Assembly: GCA_964016885.1 (NCBI GenBank)
Contig: OZ024747.1
Span: 54,560,001-54,624,000, forward strand
DNA from: Eledone cirrhosa
Taxonomy: Eukaryota
Direction: 5' to 3'
DNA: 64,000 nt
The notes under the pieces were generated by a model. It did not search any database and had not been told where the DNA came from. It saw only the letters and a program-made list of their open reading frames with translations. This document shows positions 13,878-26,087 of the stretch, one piece after another. The position numbers and the translations under genes are program-made. Numbering within the stretch: position 1 is the first letter of the stretch; each line of letters begins with the position of its first letter.

Positions 13878-14008
13878 ATTTTACGATCGTTTCTGAGATA
13901 TATGTGTGTGTTGGTATATATATCCTGTTGAGGATCATTGTAAAAAAATATTACAAATTATCAGAGGAGATATACATACCTTCACCTATACATGTCATCT
14001 TCAGAAAT
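13878..14008 (-). ncRNA. type I hammerhead with long stem II insertion (family H2)
   Basis: ATTT-CTGAAGA-(about 104 nt)-GAAA-CGATC-GTA|AAAT; homologue at 41284-41438. Confidence 0.65.
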
Positions 14009-14330
14009 ATATATATATATATAAAATAAAGTATGTCCATAGAATCATTTGATATAATATATACATTATTTCCTCTCCCAATCAGCATAATCAACCACAC
14101 AAGAAAAAACCCAATAAACAAATCTATAAGATTAAAAGGCACCTATGAAGAAATAATAGATAAATAAACGACAGCTATTTATCCGCGATCAACAGCTATA
14201 GAATATTTACCCATCATTTCTAATAGCACGTGGAAATCGATTAAATATATCGTCAACCATACACAATTAGGTATGAAATCAAAGTTAGAAGAAAAAAAGT
14301 ATATAAGCATACCAAAAGTATGTTTCTACC

Positions 14331-14374
<44 letters not shown>

Positions 14375-14380
14375 CATATA

Positions 14381-14444
<64 letters not shown>

Positions 14445-14445
<1 letters not shown>

Positions 14446-14634
14446 CGAAGGACATGTGGTAAGGAACCAGGTGGACCATAACGCACCAAAGTACTCAATA
14501 CTTAGGGTAGTAGAGTGGGTAATAGGAACGAGTAGGACCCCGACGGCTGAGCTCAAGCCGTTTCGACGGCTAATATCCAGAATTAGCCGTCGAAACGGCT
14601 TGAGCTCAGTCGTCGGGGTCCTACTCGTTCCTAT
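14445..14634. mobile_element. inverted-duplicated terminus, family H3 (HHR 3' half in both arms)
   Basis: About 52-bp arms (14522-14573 / 14583-14633) with TAGCCGTC-GAAA-CGGC ttgagctca GTC GTC|GGGG; left arm has about 78 nt extra tail; TA-flanked. Confidence 0.85.
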
Positions 14635-15459
14635 ATATATATATATATATATATACATATATCATTTCCTCCACTCAATATTTGCCAATATATTTCTGTT
14701 TCATGCGTGTGTGTGCGTGTGAATGGCATGCAGTTGGTGGATTTGTAGGGTTCTGTGAGCAGAGCATCGGATAATGAATTGCTTCCCCTGGATACGGACA
14801 TTGACGTTGAAAGTTCAAATTTCGTCAGGGATACCTTGTCTTTTATAATTTCAAGTTAGATAGAATGAAGTACCAATAAAATACTTGGTTCGGTATATCA
14901 GCAAAATTATTGTTATTATTAGTATTGTCTCCTTAATGTGAGTCCTGTTTGGCTATTAAAGAAATAATAATTAATATTATATCATTATTATTAGTATTAT
15001 AAATAGTGGTGGATCCCTTAGCGTGATAGTTACGTCCCTTTTAGTTCTGAGTTCAAATCCCGCTGAGGTTACCTTTGCCTTTCATCATTAACCTTATGAG
15101 ATGAAGCCCCGGAGTACTGAATTAGATGCATTTTATTAATCGAGGTTTTCTTGTTTTAGACTCTATTTTTTTTTATTTTATAATTTCCCATTTTCAGATT
15201 CCTCTATAATTACATGTTTGCTTGCTTTTTAGTTAGCCTACTATATCCACAGTCCTTAGAAATAGCTGTATAGAATTTACTTTTAGCGCTTGGCCTGCTT
15301 CACCCTCTCCCTCTATGTTCTACAGGCAAGTTCAGCGACCCCCACCCTTTACCTACCGCCATGAAATATTTAGCTGTGTTTACAAAGAACTTCGACCACT
15401 AGTTTTGATAACTACAACCTTCAGAAATGCCTAATAATCGCATGCACATATATGGAATT

Positions 15460-15554
15460 ACCCCTTGAAGAGTTCGGCTATATCAACACCACGCTAAAAA
15501 TTTAATTTAGTCCAGAAATAGCCGTCGAAACGGGTTGAGCTCTGCCGTCGGTGT
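15460..15554 (+). ncRNA. type I hammerhead (family H3, C3U substitution)
   Basis: ACCCC-TTGAAGA-gtt CGGCTAT...ATAGCCG tc-GAAA-CGG..GCC-GTC|GGTGT; other H3 copies give stem I ACCCC/GGGGT and stem III ACGGC/GCCGT. Confidence 0.75.
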
Positions 15555-15568
15555 CCTGACTCTTTTCC

Positions 15569-15632
<64 letters not shown>

Positions 15633-15780
15633 ACATTTTTTCCAATTCCAACACGCCCGTCCCCTCAATCTATCTTATTTCTCATTCTTTCTTCTGATGA
15701 AGAAGCTTCTATAATTTTCTTCTACATTTAGAAGACCATAAGATCCACCTTCTTCAATTTTCGGCGGAAGCAGAGTGCGT

Positions 15781-15822
15781 GGCTCTGATGAACGCCAACC
15801 AGAGTGAAACAAACTGTCAGCT
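15781..15822 (+). ncRNA. minimal type I hammerhead
   Basis: GGCT-CTGATGA-ACGC caacca GAGT-GAAA-Caaact-GTC|AGCT. Confidence 0.7.
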
Positions 15823-16291
15823 TCTCCCCTTCTTTCGCCGAAAAGAAGTTAGTGACATAGTCACTACTTTAAAACTGATAGCGTATGGGTATTCTAAATG
15901 ATTTAATTAAACATACGGTATATTGCCAAATATATTGTACATACATTCATGTATATATATATATATATGCACATATTTACTAGCACACAATCACACAAAG
16001 TAACTCAGATTCCATTTAATATGGAGAACAAACCACATGGACGTATTCAAATGTAAAATTCATGACACACACAAGTATACAAGCACACACACACATGCTC
16101 ACATATATATATATATGTATATAAAGAAATATATATATATATATATGCATATATATATTTCTTTTTTTTATTTTATTTTATTTTTTATTTATTTATTAAT
16201 AATTTTTATTTATTTTATTTATTTATTTATTTAATTTTTCTCGTCGTGCAATGGCCATACTCGATAACGAGGGGCAGCCATCATGTATATA

Positions 16292-16327
<36 letters not shown>

Positions 16328-16761
16328 ATTAGGATATTCATTTTTATATTTAGCACATCAACAAGAAAATGCCAAATATATATTGTAAGTTTTCTTTCAA
16401 ATATTCTCATTCTGAACTTATTCTTTGTTTCACTCACTCTTTCCCTCTCTATCACTCTCTCTTTCACTCGCTCTCTCTATCACTCTCTCTCTCTCTCTGT
16501 CTCTCTCTCTCTCTCCATCTCCCCAGTTCTCTCCCCTGTTATCTCCCACATTTCATATCATCGCCTTTTCCCACTCTCTCATCTTCTGCCTTTCTTTTAA
16601 TGTATTTCTATATTTTCTCGAACACTCTAATTCATACATCCACACACACACACACACACACACACAGAGAAACACACACACAGACACACTTACACACATA
16701 TTTCTACACATACATGCATGTACGCATATTCATACACATAACTACATACATGTATATCAAG

Positions 16762-17147
16762 CAGTAGTAAGAGCAACAGCAACAAATACATCGTCATCAA
16801 CAACAGCATTAAACAACTGCAACAACAGCAACACAAACAACAGCAGCAGCAGCAACAGCAGCATTAGCAACAACAACAACACAACAGTAACATATACATC
16901 ATAACCAACAACAGCATTAAACAACTACAGCAACAACAACAACAACAACAAAAACAGCAGCAGCAGCAACAGCAACAACAGCAACAAATAAATCATAAAC
17001 AACCACAGCAAAAACAACACCAACAACAACAACAGCAGCAGCGACAACAACAACAACAACAACAACAACAGCAGCAGCAGCAGCCACAGCAGCAACAGCA
17101 ACAACAACAGCAACAAATACATCATAACCAACAACAGCATTAAACAA

Positions 17148-17213
<66 letters not shown>

Positions 17214-17326
17214 CGACGACGGCGGCGGCGGCGGCGACAACAACAACAACAACAACAACAGCAACAGCAGCAGCAACAACAACAACAACAACAGCAACAA
17301 ATACATCATAACCAACAACAGCATTA

Positions 17327-17357
<31 letters not shown>

Positions 17358-17512
17358 ACAACAACAGCAACAACAACAACAACAACCGCAACATCAGCAG
17401 CAGCAGGAGCAGCAACAGCAACAACATCAACAACAGCAACAAATACATCATAACCAACAACAGCATTAAACAACAACACCATCACCAACAACGTCAACAA
17501 AAACAGCGACAG

Positions 17513-17567
<55 letters not shown>

Positions 17568-18040
17568 AACACCATCACCAACAACAACAACAAAAACAGC
17601 GACAGCAACAACAACATCAACAACAAGAACAACAACAGCAGCAACAACAACAACAGCAACATATATATCATTACCAACAACCGCATTAAACAACAACAGC
17701 AACAACAACAACAACAAAAACAGCAGCAGCAGCAACAGCAACATCAACAACAACAACAGCAGCAACAGCAACAACAACAACAACAGCAACAAATACATCA
17801 TAAACAAAAACAGCAGCAGCAGCAACAACAACAACAGCAACAAATACATCATAACCAACAACAGCAGCAGCAACAGCAGCAACAGCAACAACAACAACAG
17901 CAACAAATACATCTTAACCAACAACAACAGCAGCAGCAACAGCAGCAACAGCAACAACAACAACAACAGCAACAAATACATCATAAACAAAAAACAGCAG
18001 CAGCAGCAACAACAACAACAATAATAGCAGAAGCAGCAGT
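16762..18040. repeat. compound (CAA/CAG)n tract with higher-order unit
   Basis: CAA/CAG runs punctuated repeatedly by AAATACATCATAACCAACAACAGCATTAAACAAC. Confidence 0.9.
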
Positions 18041-18078
18041 GTTCGCTTCTTCAAAAGTAAATTCCATTATTTTTGTAG

Positions 18079-18149
18079 TTCAGCTGTTCAGAAGCGAAAT
18101 AGGCGTGACACGAAGTTATCAGATATGAAGGCCCGCTTTCTTCAAAATG
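18079..18149 (+). CDS. candidate 71-nt exon (SAVQKRNRRDTKLSDMKARFLQN)
   Basis: TTATTTTTGTAG acceptor, ATG|GTAAGA donor, single open frame, unique sequence between repeats. Confidence 0.35.
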
Positions 18150-18280
18150 GTAAGATGGTGAATTCCATCTGGAAACAAATATTAGCATCTATTTTCATAT
18201 TCAAAGAAAAACAGCCTGCTTACATACTTACCCCTACACCAGCACGCCTATACACGCTACAAATACACACACATGTATAC

Positions 18281-18380
<100 letters not shown>

Positions 18381-18453
18381 TAAAGTATAGAAATTGTTGT
18401 GAGCGTGAAGCCAACAGTATTTCATATATATATATATATGTACACACACACAG

Positions 18454-18501
<48 letters not shown>

Positions 18502-18839
18502 GATACTGAGAGAGAGATACATTATATATGTATGTATATCTATATTACACGTATACGCATACTTACATATTATGCTTAAAATAGAGACGTGCATCTAATG
18601 AAAATAGAGACGTGCATCTTCGTATACGTATTACATATGCGTGAGAAAATGGATTTGCATGGCGTGTATATCTATATGCGTATGTTAAAATGTATATAGG
18701 TGTGTATATATATATATAAAAACATATATAGGTGTATATATATATATATACATATAAATACACACACACACACATATATATATATATTTATATAGTGACG
18801 AAACATAAGTCAATATCATGAACTCATAATACTTTGTTT

Positions 18840-18895
18840 ACTGCTATATATATTTCGATGGTAGCGATTGAATGGCTATGACCTCATCAGGCAGT
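18840..18895 (-). ncRNA. type I hammerhead (family H1)
   Basis: ACTGC-CTGATGA-ggtc ATAGCcattcaatcGCTAc catc-GAAA-TATAT-ATA|GCAGT. Confidence 0.85.
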
Positions 18896-18939
18896 TAGCA
18901 GTTAGTCAGTTCTTAGATATTAGATATGCCAGCTCTGTG

Positions 18940-19032
18940 TTTATAGTGTTGATGGTATCAGGGCCTGGGGACATATGAGCTTGTTAGGAATAATTTAATG
19001 TTGTCAGCAGGAATAGTCTTGATTCTCATTGG
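18940..19032 (-). promoter_or_regulatory. putative internal pLTR promoter (CCAAT + TATA)
   Basis: TGACCAATGAG (CCAAT at 19032-19028) and TATAAA (18945-18940), 45 nt upstream of the HHR. Confidence 0.4.
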
Positions 19033-19257
19033 TCAGTTTGTAGATGGTATTAGGGTTGGTATTTGACCTCAAAGAGGCAGGTGGTGTTGTAAAGTTCAAA
19101 CCGTCAGGCAAGATGACAATAGTTCCATATGACTGATTTTCACAAAAAGCATTCCTGGTCAGATATATATTCAATTAAGGTTAATAGTATGAAATAGATG
19201 CTGCAGGTCATACTTAAATTGATGAATTTATGTGGAGTGCTGCTATCCCCATTTTTT

Positions 19258-19328
<71 letters not shown>

Positions 19329-19642
19329 ATATATATATATAAGCGTAAGGAACACATATATATTTAAACATCAGCATAGATACATATACGAGTGTATGCT
19401 ACCTTCAATGGTGTGGCTCAAAGAATGATTGAATTAAATAAATAATTATTAATGAGAGCTATATTAAGGCTCTTCACTCATAGTCTTCATATATATATAC
19501 ATATATTAAAGAGTTAAACAAGATTCAATGAGTACATCAAAGAATGAGTTTTACAGTAGATTGGATATTTTTCAGAGTTATTAATATTACCTTGATTAAA
19601 TCTTAACCATCTAACATGTCAGGGAATTCCATGTATCATTTT

Positions 19643-19684
19643 ATTTTATCTGATGAGGACGTACTGTTGCACTTGATTCAGTAC

Positions 19685-19747
<63 letters not shown>

Positions 19748-19751
19748 AAAT
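19643..19751 (+). ncRNA. hammerhead family H4 with stem III replaced by (TA)27
   Basis: ATTTTAT-CTGATGA-ggac GTACTG..CAGTAC ctct-GA(TA)27-ATAAAAT. Confidence 0.7.
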
Positions 19752-19797
19752 GTAATTGACCACAAGAATATCTATTTTGTTAATATTTGAATTAATA

Positions 19798-19842
<45 letters not shown>

Positions 19843-19886
19843 AAGTTAAATAAAAGTCAAATGATTAAAATGTAGCTTCGTTTATT

Positions 19887-19941
19887 ACTGCTATATATAT
19901 TTCAGTGACAGCCATCTTTGGCTGTGACCTCTTCAGGCAGT
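19887..19941 (-). ncRNA. type I hammerhead (H1-related subfamily)
   Basis: ACTGC-CTGAAGA-ggtc ACAGCCA aaga TGGCTGT cact-GAAA-TATAT-ATA|GCAGT; compensatory T-A to C-G change relative to 11329. Confidence 0.88.
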
Positions 19942-20240
19942 TTGAATTAGTATGGTATAGACAAGTACATATGTTGTTTATATATATATATAGTAGAATA
20001 ATCGAGTATCGAAAAATCGGCGCACGAGTTCACGATAAACAAAATTCGATATGAGCGGCAGAGGGATCAATAATTCAGATAAATCAGAGCTATAACTATC
20101 GTTAAAATACCGTCACACATAGAACAAGTCTATAATCAACCGTACGACCGAAAGATTGCGATCTGGAAGATTCGGGACATTCAGAAAAAAATATCAAAAA
20201 ATCAATAAATCAAATGAATGTGATATATATATATATATAT

Positions 20241-20677
20241 ATTATTCGAAAATATTAACAAATGAAGATATTCACATAATCAAAATATATGGTTTATTAT
20301 ATATATTTCGATGGTACACTATTGTTTTTTTTCAGTACGTCCTCGTCAGATAAAATATATGATTTGATATATGACATACCTCTACGGTCTTGATATTTCA
20401 ATTCCAGTATTGGCAGTATTGGAACTCGTATATCAAGACCGTAGAAGTATGTCATATATCAAATCATATATTTTATCTGACGAGGACGTACTGAAAAAAC
20501 AATACAGTACCTTCCAAATATATATAATAAAGCATATATTTTGATTATGTGAATATCTTCATTTGTTAATATTTTGAATAATATTAAAAACTCCAGGAAA
20601 ATTCCGCTGTTGAGTGCTTTTAATCTATTGTAAAACTATATTCATTGAGTAATCAATGAACCATATTAATCTTTGGT
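20241..20677. mobile_element. inverted-duplicated terminus, family H4, HHR in both arms
   Basis: About 155-bp arms (20241-20396 / 20430-20584) plus about 93-nt tail; HHR 20293-20354 (-, CTGACGA..GAAA TATAT ATA intact) and 20471-20532 (+, GAAA mutated to CAAA). Confidence 0.88.
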
Positions 20678-20750
20678 ATATATATATATATACATATTTA
20701 TATCATGCCTGATGATTTCTCATGAATGAAACAGTTCTGATTCATCGCCA

Positions 20751-21250
20751 TTGGATTGGCAGTATTGGTAGAGAGTCGAGCGCAATGCTTTGAAGCATAG
20801 AGTTACCTCCCTTTCACATCCCGCGAGGTTAACTTTGCCTTTCATCCTTACGGGGGTCGATAAAATAAAGTACCAGTAATGCACTGTGATAATTGCTGGC
20901 CTGGTGCCAAAAGTAGAAACAATTATATATATGTCGGACGCCATGCTTTCCAGCATAGTTACGTCCCATTACGATCTGAGTTCAAATCCCGCCGAGGTTG
21001 ACTTTGCCTTTCATCCTTACGAGGTCGATAAAATAACGTACCAGTAATGCACTGGGTCTTTCCTGGCATTGTGCCTAAAGTAGAAACAATTATATATATA
21101 TTTATATATATATATATGCTGTGACGCATAGAGTTACGGCCGTTGCCATTCTCAGTTCAAATTCCGCCGAGGTTAACTTTGCCTTTCATCCTTACGCAGT
21201 CGATAAAATAAAGTACCAGTAATGTACTGAGTAATTGCTGGCCTTATTAT
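20751..21250 (+). mobile_element. three tandem SINE S1 copies (partly truncated)
   Basis: Same head, body and tail motifs as the 8.4-9.6 kb array. Confidence 0.88.
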
Positions 21251-21547
21251 AAAAAGATATATAAGAAAAGTATACAGAAGTATGTGTCTGTGTAATCATG
21301 ACCATCGTCGACATCACCAGCATTACCGCCACTACAACCACCGCCATCACCATCCCCACACACTCCAATAACAACATCCCGATCACCACCTCCGTCATCA
21401 CCATAATAACGAACCCACTTCATCACCATCACCAAAACCTCCACCACCTCCACCAACAGGACCTTCCTTACCATTAACCCTACCATTAAAAGCAGCCCCG
21501 CTTTCAAACTCAACCCCCATAACATCACATGCACAACCTCCACCAGC

Positions 21548-21593
<46 letters not shown>

Positions 21594-21852
21594 ATGGTAG
21601 TAGCAGTAATAGTGGTAGTAGTAGTAGTAGTAGTAGTTGTAGTACCACATGTTTTTACCCCTCTCCACAGTAAAACACCAATTACATTCTGTAATCGTCT
21701 TCAAATAGAAGGTTATCTAGTAGAAACGATTTAGTAACCAAATACGTTTTTATTATATTTAGAAGAATATGTTATATATATAGTATTTTGGCAAACTAGT
21801 GCATTTCCCTCGCTATATATATATATATATATCTATATATATATATATATAT

Positions 21853-22260
21853 CGTTTCCGAATTGGTTTAGCAAGATTCTTTATCTGAAAATGTGTGTTG
21901 ATACCGATATTGTTATACTTTGGGGGGGGGGGGGGGGTCATGTTGCCAATAAGAAACACACGCACCAATTGTTTCACTCCAATTTATTATGAATTAAATT
22001 ATAAATTTAAAAATTTTATGAATTTCCGGTTGGTTGGTTGGTTCCACAAACGGACGGTTGTTCATATGTTGTCAAAGTTCTTTCGTCACACATTTGAACT
22101 TTCACAATATATGAACAAGCGTCCGGTTGTGGAACCAACCAACCAACCGGAAATTTATAATTTTTTTAAATTTATAATTTAATTTATAATAGATTGGAGT
22201 GAAAGCAACTGGTGCGTGTGTTTCTTATTGGCAACATGACCCTCCCAAAGTATAACAATA
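21853..22260. mobile_element. inverted-duplicated TA-flanked element, family C (no convincing HHR)
   Basis: About 170-bp arms (21908-22080 / 22095-22260) plus about 55-nt tail; further copies 49648-50015, 52348-52590 and an end at 55455-55483. Confidence 0.85.
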
Positions 22261-22276
22261 TATATATATATATATA

Positions 22277-22368
22277 TAGGAACATGTTTGACCCCGACGG
22301 CAGAGCTCAAGCCGTTTCGACGGCTATTCCTGGTCCATCTGGTTCCTTACCACGCCTCCTTCATTTTA
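22277..22368. mobile_element. family H3 fragment with inversion junction
   Basis: Minus-strand HHR 3' half (GACCCCGACGGCAGAGCTCAAGCCGTTTCGACGGCTA) joined to plus-strand tail GGTCCATCTGGTTCCTTACCAC. Confidence 0.75.
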
Positions 22369-22381
22369 TATATATATACAT

Positions 22382-22429
<48 letters not shown>

Positions 22430-22660
22430 ATTTCTATTTATTTGCCACGAGGGCACAAAAGAAGGGGACATTTACACAGTGGGGGAGTTTACATAAATCG
22501 AGTAAAGAAAAAAGGAATAACAATAATAATATAACAATAAAAAGTCCTCAAAAGGGAGGGGGCGTGTTGGGGATTGCACATACCCCCGAAAAGTGTGCAA
22601 CTCTTTTCGCGGGGGAAGCCCAGAGAGGAGGCGCTCCCCCTTTCCTCTTCACTTCTTCAC

Positions 22661-25600
22661 CTACAGAACAATGTAGAGAGAAGGCCCATTTACACGGGCC
22701 ATTCTCGCTTCTTTCACCCACCTTTCATAAAACTGTCTGGGACCAAGCACTTCTCTCTCCATCCTGATTCTTCTTCCGAAGTGGTATCGGAAGAAGTAAA
22801 CCAGGTGATGGCCGGAGAGAAAGTCACCCGACCTCAGACCTTTCAGGCGCGTCCACCACACAACCTCTTTCATCATGGCTATTACGCACAGAAAGACCGC
22901 CTCTGCTTCATTTCTGAAGGGAGGAGGCGGCTTGATGTTCACCACAGACTCGGCGGTTAATCGAATCGGCGCCACACGCGACAGCAGTCGTTCGACGTAG
23001 CCCCACAGATCGGCAACGCCCGGGCAGTGTACCAGTGCATGCGCAACGGTTTCCTCGTCGCGCACGCATCTGGGACAGATCTTTTTCGCGGGATCCCTGC
23101 CCGGGCGCCCGTGTCTGTAGAGCTTTTCTCGAACGGGCAGAGCCCCCCGGTAACACTGCCAGGCTAGGGACCTCTGGAAGTTGTCCATGGGTCCCGGGCC
23201 GAAAGTTCTACCGAACAGGCTGGCCAGTTCGTCCTCCTCCATGCCTAGCGACTCTCCAAGGGTGTCGTCGCTCCTGCTAGCCACCAACCCTCTATAGAAT
23301 GTCGAGGTGGATTCTCCACTGACAGTCGGGTCCGCTTGCCAGATAGCCGTGAGCGCCTGGGCACACTCGGTGTGCCAGTTGCCCAGTTTTCTCGGTCTTT
23401 GCTTCACCCAGGATTGCAGTTCGGTGAGCGAGACGAGCTGTGGGAAGGCTCGCCTCACAAACGGGGCCCACACCGGCTGACCGTTGAGGAATACCTGTAG
23501 ATGCCGTAGCCTCAATGCGTGCCTACGCATCAACAGCCACGGCATACCCAGCCCTCCTTTCGAAGGGTGCTGGCAGCAGATGGATCTCCTCACCATGGGA
23601 GGCCGCTTCTTCCAGAGGAACTGGAAGAGCATGCGTTCCATGATGGTGAGCTTTTCCTTGGGGCAAGGCACGACGGTCAGGCGGTAGTAGATGACGGACG
23701 CTATGTAAGTGTTCGTCACCTCCGCCCGACCTTTCAGTGATAGTTTGCACTTGGCCCACTTCTGGGTCAGCGCAAACACCCTGCTCGTCACCTCGCCCCA
23801 ATTCTTCTCCACCTGGAGGTCCGGTCCGAACCAGACCCCGAGCAGCTTCACCGGGCCCTCCGTCCACCGCCCGACGACACCGTCTAACGGCATCGGTTTG
23901 CCCCTCCACGTTCCGAGTTGCAAACCGACTGACTTGTCCTGGTTCAGCTTAGCCCCCGTCAGCCTTTCGTATTCCTCCAGTAGGGTGGCGATCGCCCCGA
24001 TTTCCGAGGCGTCCGCCACCATTACTGTTACGTCGTCGGCATAGGCCGAGACCGCTTTGTGCAATCCCGGTTCCAGGGGTATGCCCGCAGCAACTCCAAC
24101 TTCCGCAGCAGTGGCTCGAGAGTCAATACGTACAGAAGGGAGGAGAGGGGGCACCCCTGTCTGATGGATCGGGTGATTTGAAACGGCTCCGAGAGGTAGC
24201 CGTTTACTTTAATCCTAGTGCATGGCAGAAATCCAGCCCCTGAAAACGGGTCCGAAGCCCGCCGCCGCTAGCACCGCATCCAGGTAACCATGGTCGACCC
24301 TATCGAACGCCTTAGATTGATCCAAGTTGATCAGAGCCCCACCAAAGCCGGGTTCGTAGCCAACCCTCTCTATGATGTATCGCATGAGGTGGAGGTTGTC
24401 GTGAATGGACCTGGACGGGATAGCGCATGTCTGCGCGTCTCCCACCAAACCACCCACCACAAGCGCCAACCTCTTCGCCAACACCTTGGCCAAAATCTGT
24501 AACTCTGCATTCAGCAGAGTTATGGGCCTAAAGTTACTTAAGTCGTCCCCCTTGCTCTCGTCCTTCCTCACTAGCGTGACCACGCCCTTGGTCACAGAAC
24601 AGGGAATTCTCCCGTTCTGTTGCCAGTTGCAATAGACAGCCTCGAGGAGTTCGGAGAACAAGACCGGCATAGCTAAATAAAGTTCGTATGGTAGACCATC
24701 GAGACCCGGGGATTTGCGTCTGCTGCATTGGCTGAGCGCTTCCCCGATTTCAGTGGCTGTGATTGGCCTTTCGCAGCACTCCGCTTCGCCGCTCGAAAGA
24801 CGCGGTAGACCGTCGAGGTATGGACCGAAGTCCACATCCCCGTCCGGCCCCCCGCCACCTCCGAACAGTCGAGCAAAGTGCCTTTGAAAGGTCTCGCACA
24901 TTCGCTCAGGTTCAAGGATCACCCGTCCATCCTGGTCTCGCAAAGACCGAATGGTGGATTTAATCCCACTCTTGGCTTCTGTCACGCGGGCCCAGCTAAC
25001 AGCTTTGGTCCCCTCGTTTCCTAAAGCACGTATTTTACTTCGGACAACGCAGCCTTCGTGCTTCGCGTCAAAGAACTGGCTCAATGCCGTTCTCGTCGCT
25101 AACACTCTGGCTACGTCTCCGCTCCTAATCGCCTCTTCTAGTTTATCTGTTAACTCCCTTTCCCTCCTATTTCTATTCGCCGCTAGTTCCTTACTGTAAC
25201 CTATCGAACTTACTCTAATCTCTCTCTTTAGAGATATCCACCACCTACTGTTGACGATCGCTCCCGTCAACCGCATCTTAACTAAGCTACTAATCCGGTT
25301 TCTGTAATCTTTCTTTGTCGGTAAGGACAAGTTCATCTTCCAGTAACCGGGACCCTGTCTATGCGTTCTATCAAGGTTGACCACGCAGGTCACTAATTTG
25401 TGATCTGAATAGCCAACCATGATCAGTTCTGGACAACTAAATACGTCCCTATCCTTACTCCTAACCAAAAACCTATCTAGGTACGATCTAGATTGTCCAC
25501 TGCGGTTTGCCCAGGTCCAGGTTGGCGCAGTTGGACAATCTAGTCGAAATCTATCGACCAGGTCGAATCGATCGAGTAACCCCTTGAGGCTGCTACACCC

Positions 25601-26087
25601 CCCTCTATCGGGACATGCCCCTGCATAGTCCCAACGCACATCCAGGATTCCATTCCAGTCCCCCACTAAAAGCAGGGAACGCGACGTTCCCAGAAAAGTC
25701 TCCAGACGCTGGAAGAAGTCGGCTCTTTCCGCCCCGAAGGGAGCATAAAGACAGACCAGTCTGAAAGCCCCGCCTTCACCGCCTCCGACGTCCAGCACCA
25801 GTAATCGACCCCCCGGGTCCGAGTGAACAATCTGTACGTCGAGAGTCAGACGTTTATCCAGCAGTACGGCAACTCCCCCCCCCCCCCCCGCCTCCGGGTT
25901 GACAGAGAGATGCGTGCATCTCAAAGTCATCGAAGGCGAGCGCCAGCTGTCTCACGCTGCTGATCCGACTCTCGCAAACAACCATCACATCTATACTTTG
26001 TGACCTGAGGTCACTTAGAAGCTTTGCTTGCTTCCAAGCTGAGCCCAGGCCACGCGCGTTCAAACAGCCAACTCTCAATTGATCTAT
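22661..26087 (-). pseudogene. Tx1 ORF2 (APE, RT, zinc finger), three frameshifts
   Basis: LRVGCLNARG, VVCES, VGDWN, SYLDRF, YSDH (APE); KSPGLDG, FRPITLLN, DQSKAFDRVDH, RQGCPLS, AYADD (RT); CPRC-X8-H-X4-C. Frameshifts at the C15 run 25875-25889, about 24215 and about 24086; start codon appears as ATA, aligned to the ATG of the other copy. Confidence 0.93.

Larger units (their letters stand above)
18792..19165 (-). mobile_element. PLE pseudo-LTR-like element, family H1 (longest copy)
   Basis: Homologous to 11283-11455; order on minus strand is CCAAT, TATAAA, HHR, tail, (TA)n. Confidence 0.8.

Noticed and set aside
15689-15745. Second CTGATGA 90 nt upstream of the 15781 HHR
   Set aside because: No GAAA at a compatible position; at best a decayed copy.
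21875-21915. HHR-like strings in the family C tail (CTGAAAA..GA(A/T)ACCG on plus; CAGATAA..GAAACG on minus)
   Set aside because: G8 is missing and stems I and III do not form.
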